Assembly (NCBI RefSeq): GCF_003324675.1
Contig: NZ_CP030918.1
Coordinates: 1,320,001 to 1,352,000 of the forward strand
Length of the DNA stretch: 32,000 bases
Reading direction: 5' to 3'
From: Paracoccus suum
GTDB taxonomy: Bacteria > Pseudomonadota > Alphaproteobacteria > Rhodobacterales > Rhodobacteraceae
Numbering within the stretch: the first letter of the stretch is position 1; every line of letters begins with the position of its first letter. Position numbers and translations under genes: made by a program. Shown one piece after another: positions 8,795 to 16,046 of this stretch. Under the pieces are notes generated by a model. The model did no database searches. It was not told the origin of the DNA and saw nothing but the letters and a program-made list of their open reading frames with translations.

Positions 8795-8863
8795 GTCTGC
8801 TCCTTGCGTGGCTGTCTGGCCGGGTGTCCTGGCCGGGCTGGCACCCCCGCTTGCCACGCCGGT

Positions 8864-8881
8864 GCGACATCGAGGTGACGG
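8864..8881 (-). promoter_or_regulatory. Candidate Pho box upstream of phoX
   Basis: The minus strand reads CCGTCAC-CTCG-ATGTCGC. These are two 7-mers 11 bp apart resembling CTGTCAT-N4-CTGTCAT (10/14 strict matches), 70-87 nt upstream of the phoX ATG. This is a pattern match only. Confidence 0.25.
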
Positions 8882-9031
8882 CGGCCGCATTGGGCGCCGC
8901 TTGCATCGGGCCGGCGCAGCCGCTATCAGCACGCGGCCGGGCCCACGGGCTGCGGCGCATCATTGATTCATGACATGCCGTGTCCGCCCTGTCCGTCGCT
9001 CGGGGGCTGTGTCCGGCGAGAGGGAAGCGAC

Positions 9032-9532
9032 ATGAAACTGAACGAACTTCACGACAACCCCGGCGCCAACCGCAAGAAAAAGCGCGTTGCGCGTGGTCCC
9101 GGCTCGGGCAAGGGCAAGACTGCCGGCCGCGGTATCAAGGGCCAGACCTCGCGTTCGGGCGTGGCGCTGAACGGCTACGAAGGCGGCCAGATGCCGCTCT
9201 ACCGCCGCCTGCCCAAGCGCGGCTTCAACAAGCCGAATCGCAAGGATTACGCGGTCATCAATCTCGGCCAGCTGCAGGGCCTGGTCGATGCCGGCCGCCT
9301 GGAAGCGGGCACCGAGCTGAACGAGGATGCGCTGCTGGCCGCGGGCGTCGTGCGCCGCAAGCTGGACGGCATCCGCCTGCTCGCCAAGGGCGAACTGACC
9401 GCAGCCCTGGTTCTGACCGTTGCCGGCGCCTCCAAGGCAGCCGTCGAGGCGGTCGAAAAAGCCGGTGGCCGCATCACCCTGACCGCTCCGGTCAAGGCCC
9501 AACCCGAAGCCGCGGAAACTGCGGCGCAGTAA
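9032..9532 (+). CDS. rplO: 50S ribosomal protein uL15
   Basis: 166 aa from ATG 9032 (SD GAGAGGGAAG upstream). [38 protein letters not shown] is canonical uL15. The ORF-track start at 8963 adds 23 non-conserved residues. Confidence 0.95.
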   Translation: MKLNELHDNPGANRKKKRVARGPGSGKGKTAGRGIKGQTSRSGVALNGYEGGQMPLYRRLPKRGFNKPNRKDYAVINLGQLQGLVDAGRLEAGTELNEDALLAAGVVRRKLDGIRLLAKGELTAALVLTVAGASKAAVEAVEKAGGRITLTAPVKAQPEAAETAAQ

Positions 9533-9548
9533 TCTGGCGCAGTAATCT
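9523..9548 (+). repeat. Perfect 13-bp tandem duplication spanning the rplO stop codon
   Basis: GGCGCAGTAATCT (9523-9535) is repeated exactly at 9536-9548. The rplO TAA (9530-9532) lies in copy 1. Confidence 0.9.
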
Positions 9549-9594
9549 GTTGCGGGCCGCTGCCGTGGCCCCTAAGACACTGACAGGTTTTCCA

Positions 9595-9630
9595 AGCGCC
9601 GCCGGACCTCGGAAACGGTCCGGCGGCGCT
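9595..9630 (+). other. Perfect 14-bp GC-rich hairpin just upstream of the secY ribosome-binding site
   Basis: AGCGCCGCCGGACC (9595-9608) pairs with GGTCCGGCGGCGCT (9617-9630); the loop is TCGGAAAC. No T-tail follows. The secY SD AAGAGG (9637-9642) begins 7 nt after the stem. Confidence 0.45.
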
Positions 9631-9650
9631 GCCATGAAAGAGGCGTTCCC

Positions 9651-11021
9651 ATGGCGTCAGCCGCAGAACAGATGGCCGCTAACCTCAGCTGGTCGGCTTT
9701 CGGCAAAGCCACCGAGCTGAAAAGCCGGATCTGGTTTACCATCGGCCTGCTGATCATCTACCGGCTCGGGACCTATATCCCTGTGCCGGGTATCGATGGC
9801 TCGGCCCTTCGCAATTTCATGGATCAGGCACAGACCGGCATCGGCGGCATCCTGTCGATGTTCACCGGTGGCGCGCTGGGTCGGATGGGCGTCTTTGCCC
9901 TCGGCATCATGCCCTATATCTCCGCCTCGATCATCATCCAGCTTCTGGCCTCGATGGTCCCGTCGCTGGAGCAGATGAAGAAAGAGGGCGAGCAGGGGCG
10001 CAAGAAGATCAACCAGTGGACGCGTTATGCGACCGTGGTTCTGGCGACCTTCCAGGCCTACGGCCTTGCCCGCAGCCTCGAGGCAGGCGGTCTTGCGCAT
10101 GATCCGGGCCTGTTCTTCCAGGCCTCGGTGGTCATTACCTTGGTCGGCGGCACCATGTTCCTGATGTGGGTCGGCGAGCAGATCACTTCGCGCGGCATTG
10201 GCAACGGCATCAGCCTAATCATCTTTGTCGGCATCGTCGCCGAGATTCCGACCCATATCGCCCAGTTCCTCAGCCAAGGCCGCACCGGCGCGATCTCGGC
10301 CCCGGTGATTCTGGGCGTGATCGTGATGGTTATCGCGGTGATCGCCTTCGTCGTGTTCATGGAACGCGCCTTGCGCAAGATCCGCATCCAATACCCCCGG
10401 CGTCAAGTCGGGATGAAGATCTACGAGGGCCAGGCCTCGCACCTGCCCATCAAGGTCAACCCGGCCGGCGTCATTCCGGCGATCTTCGCCAGCTCGCTGC
10501 TGCTGCTGCCGGTCACGATCTCGACCTTCTCGGGCGGCCAGGCCGGCCCGGTCATGGCGACGATCCTGGCCTATTTCGGGCCCGGTCAGCCGCTGTACCT
10601 GCTGTTCTACGCGGCGATGATCGTGTTCTTCGCCTACTTCTATACCCACAATGTCAGCTTCAAGGTCGACGACGTGGCCGAGAACCTAAAGAACCAGGGT
10701 GGCTTCGTGCCCGGGATTCGGCCGGGCAAGCGGACCGAGGATTACCTTCGCTACGTCACCGACCGCGTGCTGGTCATCGGCTCGGCTTACCTCGCCGCCG
10801 TCTGCCTGCTGCCAGAGTTCATTCGCGGCCAGTTCTCGGTGCCGTTCTACTTCGGTGGTACCTCGGTGCTGATCGTGGTCTCGGTGGTCATGGACACCAT
10901 CAACCAGATCCAGAGCCATCTGTTGGCCCATCAGTACGAATCGCTGATCGAACGCTCTCAGCTGCGTGGCCGCCGCAAGGCGGGAACGCCCAAGCCGAAA
11001 CGCGCGCCGGCCCGGCGCTGA
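9651..11021 (+). CDS. secY: Preprotein translocase subunit SecY
   Basis: 456 aa and multi-TM, with ...LKSRIWFTIGLLIIYRLGTYIPVPGID...GIMPYISASIIIQLL...GEQITSRGIGNGISLIIF... as conserved SecY blocks. Position after rplO fits. Confidence 0.97.
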   Translation: MASAAEQMAANLSWSAFGKATELKSRIWFTIGLLIIYRLGTYIPVPGIDGSALRNFMDQAQTGIGGILSMFTGGALGRMGVFALGIMPYISASIIIQLLASMVPSLEQMKKEGEQGRKKINQWTRYATVVLATFQAYGLARSLEAGGLAHDPGLFFQASVVITLVGGTMFLMWVGEQITSRGIGNGISLIIFVGIVAEIPTHIAQFLSQGRTGAISAPVILGVIVMVIAVIAFVVFMERALRKIRIQYPRRQVGMKIYEGQASHLPIKVNPAGVIPAIFASSLLLLPVTISTFSGGQAGPVMATILAYFGPGQPLYLLFYAAMIVFFAYFYTHNVSFKVDDVAENLKNQGGFVPGIRPGKRTEDYLRYVTDRVLVIGSAYLAAVCLLPEFIRGQFSVPFYFGGTSVLIVVSVVMDTINQIQSHLLAHQYESLIERSQLRGRRKAGTPKPKRAPARR

Positions 11022-11036
11022 CCGAACTGGGGGAGG

Positions 11037-11059
11037 GGCCGCCGCACCGCGCGGCGGCC
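11037..11059 (+). other. 9-bp GC hairpin in the secY-adk spacer
   Basis: GGCCGCCGC (11037-11045) pairs with GCGGCGGCC (11051-11059) around a 5-nt loop. There is no T-tail. Confidence 0.3.
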
Positions 11060-11081
11060 GAACGCTGGCAAAGGGGGAAGA

Positions 11082-11753
11082 ATGTCCGTCAACATCATTC
11101 TGCTGGGGCCGCCCGGCGCCGGAAAAGGCACCCAGGCGCGCCGCCTGGTCGAGGCGCGCGGCATGGTCCAGCTTTCGACGGGCGACATGCTGCGCGACGC
11201 GCGCAACTCGGGCACGGAGATGGGGCGCCGCGTTGCCGAAGTCATGGACCGGGGCGAGCTGGTCACGGACGAGATCGTCATCGGTCTGATCCGCGAGCGG
11301 CTCGAAGGCCCCGAGGGCGCCGGCTTCATCTTTGACGGCTTCCCGCGCACGCTACCCCAGGCGGACGCGCTGGAGGAGTTGATGGCCGAGCTTGGCCAGC
11401 GCATCGCAGCCGTGATCGAGATGCAGGTCGACGATGCCGTTCTGGTGGCGCGGATCAGCGGCCGCTACACCTGCGGCAACTGCGGCGAGGTCTATCACGA
11501 CGTGACCCGGCCGACCAAGGTCGTGGGCATCTGCGATGTCTGCGGCTCGACCGACCTGCGCCGCCGCGCGGATGACAATGCCGAAAGCCTGCGGACCCGG
11601 CTGCTGGAATATTACAAAAAGACATCGCCACTGGTCGGCTATTACTGGGCCAAGGAACGACTGCGCCGCGTTGACGGCCTGGCCGAGATCGAGGCAGTCG
11701 CAGCCGAGATCGCCGCGATCCTCGATTCGGGGCAATCCGCGCAAGGCGCTTGA
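11082..11753 (+). CDS. adk: Adenylate kinase with a Cys4 (zinc-type) LID
   Basis: The N-terminus [19 protein letters not shown] contains the P-loop. The LID reads [12 protein letters not shown]...[17 protein letters not shown] (CxxC...CxxC). It follows secY, as is usual in alphaproteobacteria. Confidence 0.96.
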   Translation: MSVNIILLGPPGAGKGTQARRLVEARGMVQLSTGDMLRDARNSGTEMGRRVAEVMDRGELVTDEIVIGLIRERLEGPEGAGFIFDGFPRTLPQADALEELMAELGQRIAAVIEMQVDDAVLVARISGRYTCGNCGEVYHDVTRPTKVVGICDVCGSTDLRRRADDNAESLRTRLLEYYKKTSPLVGYYWAKERLRRVDGLAEIEAVAAEIAAILDSGQSAQGA

Positions 11754-11907
11754 CCTTCGGCAACGCTTTCTTTAGGTCGCGTTATCTCTTAGAGAATCGC
11801 CCTGTTCACGGGGTGAGTAGTTGTTGGCCCGACGCCATCGCGCCTCGGGTCCGCAGTTGTGAAAAAAGGTTCCGGGATTACGGAATCGCAACGCAAAGGA
11901 CTGGACT

Positions 11908-12276
11908 TTGGCCCGTATCGCTGGCGTCAACATCCCTACCGGCAAGCGCGTTCCCATCGCGCTGCAATATATCCACGGCATCGGCCCGCTCAACGCCGAG
12001 AAGATCTGCGAAGCCGTCGGCATCGACCGCTCGCGCCGCGTGAACGAGTTGTCGGACGCAGAAGTCCTGCAGATCCGCGAATTCATCGACGCCAACCTCG
12101 CGGTCGAGGGTGACCTGCGTCGCGAGACGCAGATGAACATCAAGCGGCTGATGGACCTCGGCTCGTACCGCGGCCTGCGTCATCGTCGCGGCCTGCCGGT
12201 GCGCGGTCAGCGCACCCACACCAATGCCCGCACCCGCAAGGGCCCGGCGAAGGCTATCGCCGGTAAGAAGAAATAA
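11908..12276 (+). CDS. rpsM: 30S ribosomal protein uS13
   Basis: 122 aa, (M)[32 protein letters not shown]. The start codon is TTG at 11908, 7 nt after AAAGGA. Confidence 0.95.
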   Translation: MARIAGVNIPTGKRVPIALQYIHGIGPLNAEKICEAVGIDRSRRVNELSDAEVLQIREFIDANLAVEGDLRRETQMNIKRLMDLGSYRGLRHRRGLPVRGQRTHTNARTRKGPAKAIAGKKK

Positions 12277-12288
12277 GGGGGCACAGGT

Positions 12289-12678
12289 ATGGCACGCGAC
12301 AAGACCCGTATGAAGCGCAAAGAGCGCAAGAACATCGCCACTGGCGTGGCTCATGTGAACTCCAGCTTCAACAACACCAAGATCCTGATCTCGGACGTGC
12401 AGGGCAACGCGATCGCATGGTCGTCGGCCGGCACCATGGGCTTCAAGGGCAGCCGGAAATCGACCCCATATGCCGCGCAGATGGCGGCAGAGGATGCGGG
12501 CCGCAAGGCGCAGGAGCATGGCGTTCGCACCATCGAAGTCGAGGTCCAGGGACCCGGCTCGGGCCGCGAATCGGCTCTGCGCGCTCTGGCCGCGGTCGGC
12601 TTCAACGTCACCGCGATTCGTGACGTGACCCCGATCGCCCACAACGGCTGCCGCCCGCCCAAGCGCCGGCGCGTCTGA
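12289..12678 (+). CDS. rpsK: 30S ribosomal protein uS11
   Basis: 129 aa, ...[46 protein letters not shown]...[12 protein letters not shown]. Confidence 0.97.
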   Translation: MARDKTRMKRKERKNIATGVAHVNSSFNNTKILISDVQGNAIAWSSAGTMGFKGSRKSTPYAAQMAAEDAGRKAQEHGVRTIEVEVQGPGSGRESALRALAAVGFNVTAIRDVTPIAHNGCRPPKRRRV

Positions 12679-12694
12679 CCCATTGCTCTTCTTG

Positions 12695-12738
12695 CCGGAC
12701 CGCGCGTGCGTTACGCGCGGTCCGGGTTTTCGCATTTT
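12695..12738 (+). terminator. Strong intrinsic terminator/attenuator between rpsK and rpoA
   Basis: CCGGACCGCGCGT (12695-12707) pairs perfectly with ACGCGCGGTCCGG (12713-12725), a 13-bp stem with a 5-nt loop. The tail is GTTTTCGCATTTT. Confidence 0.6.
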
Positions 12739-12795
12739 ACCTCGGGCGTCTTCGGCCACCGGACATGGGCCAAAGACTGGAATGGAGGGCACAGC

Positions 12796-13812
12796 ATGAT
12801 CCACAAGAATTGGGCCGAGCTTATCAAGCCGACGCAGCTTGAAGTTCGTCCCGGCGCCGACGCCACCCGCGTCGCCACCGTGGTCGCCGAACCGCTCGAG
12901 CGCGGCTTTGGCCTTACGCTCGGCAACGCCCTGCGCCGCGTGCTCATGTCCTCGCTCCAGGGCGCGGCAATCACCTCGGTGCAGATCGACAACGTGCTGC
13001 ACGAGTTTTCGTCGGTCGCCGGCGTCCGTGAAGACGTGACCGACATCGTCCTGAACCTCAAGGGCGTCACGCTCAAGATGGACGTGGACACGCCCAAGCG
13101 CCTGACGCTGTCGGCCAAGGGTCCGGGCGAGGTCCGTGCCGGTGCGATCCAGGAAACTGCCGGGATTACGGTCCTGAACCGCGACCACCTGATCTGCCAC
13201 CTCGATGACGGCGCCGAACTGAATGTCGAGCTGACGGTGCAGAACGGCAAGGGCTATGTCGCCGCGGACAAGAACCGTCCCGAGGACGCGCCGATCGGCC
13301 TGATCCCGATCGACGCGATCTTCTCGCCGGTCAAGCGCGTCAGCTACGAAGTCACGCCCACCCGCGAGGGCCAGGTGCTGGACTATGACAAGCTGACCAT
13401 GCGCGTCGAGACCGACGGCTCGCTGACCCCGGAGGACGCCGTGGCCTACGCCGCGCGCATCCTGCAAGACCAATTGGCGGTGTTCGTGAACTTCGAGGAG
13501 CCGGAGTCGGCCCGCGCGGCGTCGGCCGAGGACGGGCTCGAGTTCGATCCGCGTCTGCTGAAGAAAGTCGACGAGCTTGAGCTGTCGGTCCGTTCGGCCA
13601 ACTGCCTCAAGAACGACAACATCGTTTACATCGGCGATCTGATCCAGAAGACCGAAGCCGAGATGCTGCGGACCCCGAACTTCGGCCGAAAGTCCTTGAA
13701 TGAGATCAAGGAAGTTCTGTCGGGCATGGGCCTGCACCTCGGCATGGACGTGGTCGACTGGCCGCCGGAAAACATCGAAGACCTGGCCAAGCGTTTCGAC
13801 GACCAGTTCTGA
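12796..13812 (+). CDS. rpoA: DNA-directed RNA polymerase subunit alpha
   Basis: 338 aa from ATG 12796 (SD GGAGGG 12784-12789). The NTD begins [17 protein letters not shown]...[27 protein letters not shown]. The CTD contains [24 protein letters not shown]. The ORF-track start 12706 lies inside the terminator hairpin. Confidence 0.97.
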   Translation: MIHKNWAELIKPTQLEVRPGADATRVATVVAEPLERGFGLTLGNALRRVLMSSLQGAAITSVQIDNVLHEFSSVAGVREDVTDIVLNLKGVTLKMDVDTPKRLTLSAKGPGEVRAGAIQETAGITVLNRDHLICHLDDGAELNVELTVQNGKGYVAADKNRPEDAPIGLIPIDAIFSPVKRVSYEVTPTREGQVLDYDKLTMRVETDGSLTPEDAVAYAARILQDQLAVFVNFEEPESARAASAEDGLEFDPRLLKKVDELELSVRSANCLKNDNIVYIGDLIQKTEAEMLRTPNFGRKSLNEIKEVLSGMGLHLGMDVVDWPPENIEDLAKRFDDQF

Positions 13813-13821
13813 GCGACGACA

Positions 13822-13844
13822 GGGGGGCGCCGCGCGCGCCCTCC
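13822..13844 (+). other. GC-only hairpin in the 117-nt rpoA-rplQ spacer
   Basis: GGGGGGCGC (13822-13830) pairs with GCGCCCTCC (13836-13844), 9 bp including one G-U. There is no T-tail. Confidence 0.3.
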
Positions 13845-13929
13845 CGACGACCGGGCATCCGCCCCAAGGAGAGCGGCGTGACACGCAGCACGCTGCCGGA
13901 CAAAGCAAAATACGCCATAGGAGATTCCA

Positions 13930-14361
13930 ATGCGTCACGCCCGCGGCTATCGCCGCCTGAACCGCACCCACGAGCACCGCAAGGCCCTGTTCGCGAACAT
14001 GGCCGGCAGCCTGATCGAGCATGAGCAGATCAAGACGACCTTGCCCAAGGCCAAGGAATTGCGGCCGATCATCGAAAAGCTGATCACGCTGGCCAAGCGC
14101 GGCGATCTGCACGCCCGCCGCCAAGCTGCCGCGCAGCTCAAGCAGGACCAGTATGTCGCCCGCCTGTTCGAAATTCTTGGCCCGCGCTACAAGGACCGTC
14201 AGGGCGGCTACGTCCGTGTCCTGAAAGCCGGCTTCCGCTATGGCGACATGGCGCCCATGGCCATCATCGAATTCGTCGATCGCGACCCGAACGCCAAGGG
14301 CGCCGCCGACCGGGCCCGCGTCGAGGCCGAGTTTGCCGCTGAGGACGAGGTCAGCGCCTGA
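13930..14361 (+). CDS. rplQ: 50S ribosomal protein bL17
   Basis: 143 aa, [46 protein letters not shown]; the last gene of the alpha operon. Confidence 0.96.
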   Translation: MRHARGYRRLNRTHEHRKALFANMAGSLIEHEQIKTTLPKAKELRPIIEKLITLAKRGDLHARRQAAAQLKQDQYVARLFEILGPRYKDRQGGYVRVLKAGFRYGDMAPMAIIEFVDRDPNAKGAADRARVEAEFAAEDEVSA

Positions 14362-14388
14362 CACCTCGGGCATGACGAGATCGTATCC

Positions 14389-14417
14389 CGCCCGCCTCGA
14401 AAGGGGCGGGCGTTCTC
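14389..14417 (+). terminator. Terminator-like hairpin after rplQ
   Basis: CGCCCGCCTC (14389-14398) pairs with GGGGCGGGCG (14403-14412), 10 bp with one G-U and a GAAA tetraloop. The tail TTCTC is only weakly T-rich. Confidence 0.5.
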
Positions 14418-14733
14418 ATGTGGTCTGCCGGCGTCAGAAAAGCCGTCGCGACCGTGCGGCGGCTCGTGAGTTCAACTGGAGCATGTAAGATTTTTTTGCC
14501 GCGTTTAACCTCGGGTAAACCCCAAGGTTGAATAACCATGGCGGACAAGGGGATGGATTCTGCCCCATGAATATCAGAAAAGGGTTGGAATGCCGCTGCT
14601 GTTGCCCGATTCGTCTTTTCGAGAACGTATTTGCAATCCCAAGGGAGGCTTTAGGTTCGCAACACCCGGTCGGACCTACCGAGACTGAGATAAGAAATTT
14701 ACATCGCCTCCGGCGTCTTAGATTGTCGAACCC

Positions 14734-15345
14734 ATGATTGCGCGATCCGAAGTTCAAGCCGCCTTACCAAACCTGGGTAAACTTGCGCCTTCCGGGTATT
14801 TTCTGGGCTTTCACATCCGTTTCGCGGCCCCACTCATCCAGTATCAAACCTATAGCCAGGCATGGGCAGACCGCTATGCGATGAACGCCTATGCGTTGCG
14901 GGATCCCGTCATCGCCTGGGGCTTTTCGACCACCGGCGCCTGCCGGTGGAGCGTGCTGCCTGTGCCTGACCCCTTCGGCATCTTGAAAGACGCCGCCAAC
15001 CACGGCCTTAAATACGGGCTGACGGTTTCCTACGGCGCCATCACGTCGCGCAGCATCGCCTGCCTTGCGCATGATGAGCGCGAGTTCACCGACACGGAAG
15101 TCGAAATGATTTCCACCACCATCCGGCGGTTACATGATATTTTGACCCCGCCGGAGAGCCTGACGAAGGCTCAGAAAGAGGCCCTTCGGTGCATTGCGGA
15201 GGGCGACCGGCATGCGGCAGCGGCTGCCAAACTTGGTATCTCGGAGAGTGCCTTCAAGGCGCGGCTCATCTCGGCGCGCGAGCGGCTGGATGCGCGGACG
15301 ACTGCGGAAGCACTGCAAAGGGCTAAGGATTACCGTTTGCTGTAG
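14734..15345 (+). CDS. luxR: LuxR-family acyl-homoserine-lactone receptor / transcription regulator
   Basis: 203 aa. W44-x3-Y48-x8-D57-P58-x13-W72 reproduces the spacing of the invariant autoinducer-binding residues (TraR W57, Y61, D70, P71, W85). The C-terminus has a LuxR/FixJ HTH (LTKAQKEALRCIAEGDRHAAAAAKLGISESAFKARL). The symbol is family-level only. Confidence 0.85.
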   Translation: MIARSEVQAALPNLGKLAPSGYFLGFHIRFAAPLIQYQTYSQAWADRYAMNAYALRDPVIAWGFSTTGACRWSVLPVPDPFGILKDAANHGLKYGLTVSYGAITSRSIACLAHDEREFTDTEVEMISTTIRRLHDILTPPESLTKAQKEALRCIAEGDRHAAAAAKLGISESAFKARLISARERLDARTTAEALQRAKDYRLL

Positions 15346-15410
15346 GGGATCGCTCTGGGAAAAGCCGCATGTGCCGAAGGGAAGTTTTCCTTTAGCGCCA
15401 GGAACCCACC

Positions 15411-16001
15411 ATGCAGACGACCACCCTGTCCTTCTCGAACCTGCACCAGCATGGCGAATTGTTCGCCAACCTGCTGCGGGCCCGCAAACAGAGCTTCATC
15501 GTCCAGAACAACTGGGATCTGCCCGAGGACGAGGGCATGGAGTTCGACCAGTACGATACACCGCAGAGCCGGTGGGTCGCCATCCACGAGCGTGGCCAGG
15601 TGATGGCCGGGGTCCGGCTGACGCCGACCACGGCGCGCTGCGGTATCTACAGCTACATGATCCGTGATGCGCAGCTCGGCATCCTAGGTGGCACGATCCC
15701 GACCGACCTGCTCTATGACGAGGCCCCGGTTGCCAGCCACGTCTGGGAAAGCTCGCGGGTGTTCGTCAGCCATGCCGTCCCGACCGAGACGCGGCGCAAG
15801 GTCCAACTCGCCCTGATCGGCGAGATGACCCGCGCGGCTCGCGATCTGGGCGCGACTCGACTGATCGGCATCATCACCACCCAGTGGCCGATCTGGGCTA
15901 AGCGTCTGCATCTGGACATCCAGGGCATCGGCCGGCCGCTGGATTTCGAGGATGGCCAATCGCAGGCCGTGTCGATCAGCCTGGCGACCAAACTGCACTG
16001 A
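15411..16001 (+). CDS. luxI: LuxI-family acyl-homoserine-lactone synthase
   Basis: 196 aa. R25, F29, W35, E44, D46 and D49 reproduce the invariant LuxI-family N-terminal residues (R24, F28, W34, E43, D45, D48). The E-x-S-R block is present (WESSRVF). It lies 65 nt downstream of the luxR homologue. The symbol is family-level only. Confidence 0.88.
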   Translation: MQTTTLSFSNLHQHGELFANLLRARKQSFIVQNNWDLPEDEGMEFDQYDTPQSRWVAIHERGQVMAGVRLTPTTARCGIYSYMIRDAQLGILGGTIPTDLLYDEAPVASHVWESSRVFVSHAVPTETRRKVQLALIGEMTRAARDLGATRLIGIITTQWPIWAKRLHLDIQGIGRPLDFEDGQSQAVSISLATKLH

Positions 16002-16021
16002 TCGCGCTTTCCGCCATTGGA

Positions 16022-16044
16022 CAGGCGGCGTAACCTGCCGCCTG
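16022..16044 (+). other. 8-bp hairpin between the luxI stop and the rarA start
   Basis: CAGGCGGC (16022-16029) pairs with GCCGCCTG (16037-16044) around a 7-nt loop. It ends 2 nt before ATG 16047. Confidence 0.3.
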
Positions 16045-16046
16045 CC

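Noticed and set aside
6881-8878. 665-aa + strand ORF opposite phoX
   Set aside because: The minus-strand frame carries the Tat signal and all PhoX signature blocks. The + strand product is repetitive G/A/R/V-rich sequence without an SD, so it is a GC artefact.
11754-11907. Alpha-operon promoter: TTGACC at 11750-11755 with a TAGGTC/GTTATC -10 candidate, plus small leader hairpins
   Set aside because: The -10 element is poor and I cannot validate a TSS. It is plausible but not supportable enough to list as a feature.
11878-14373. 831-aa ORF on the minus strand spanning rpsM, rpsK, rpoA and rplQ
   Set aside because: It is exactly antisense to four unmistakable, highly conserved genes. Its product is Ala/Arg/Gly/Asp-rich low-information sequence with no recognisable motifs. 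Long stop-free antisense frames are expected at this GC content.
14528-14737. 69-codon Cys-rich ORF (…ECRCCCPIRLF…) whose TGA overlaps the luxR ATG (ATGA), a possible coupled leader peptide
   Set aside because: It starts at TTG, or at an internal ATG, without an SD. It is full of codons that are rare for this genome (AGA, ATA, TTA, AAT). It sits in the AT-richer presumed promoter region, so it is most likely non-coding. Ribo-seq would settle it.
14362-15410. lux-box (CTG-N10-CAG type palindrome) upstream of luxR or luxI
   Set aside because: Only weak 5-bp inverted repeats were found (AACCT...AGGTT at 14508-14530; GCAAA-N16-TTTGC at 15315-15340). None is convincing without a family-specific matrix.
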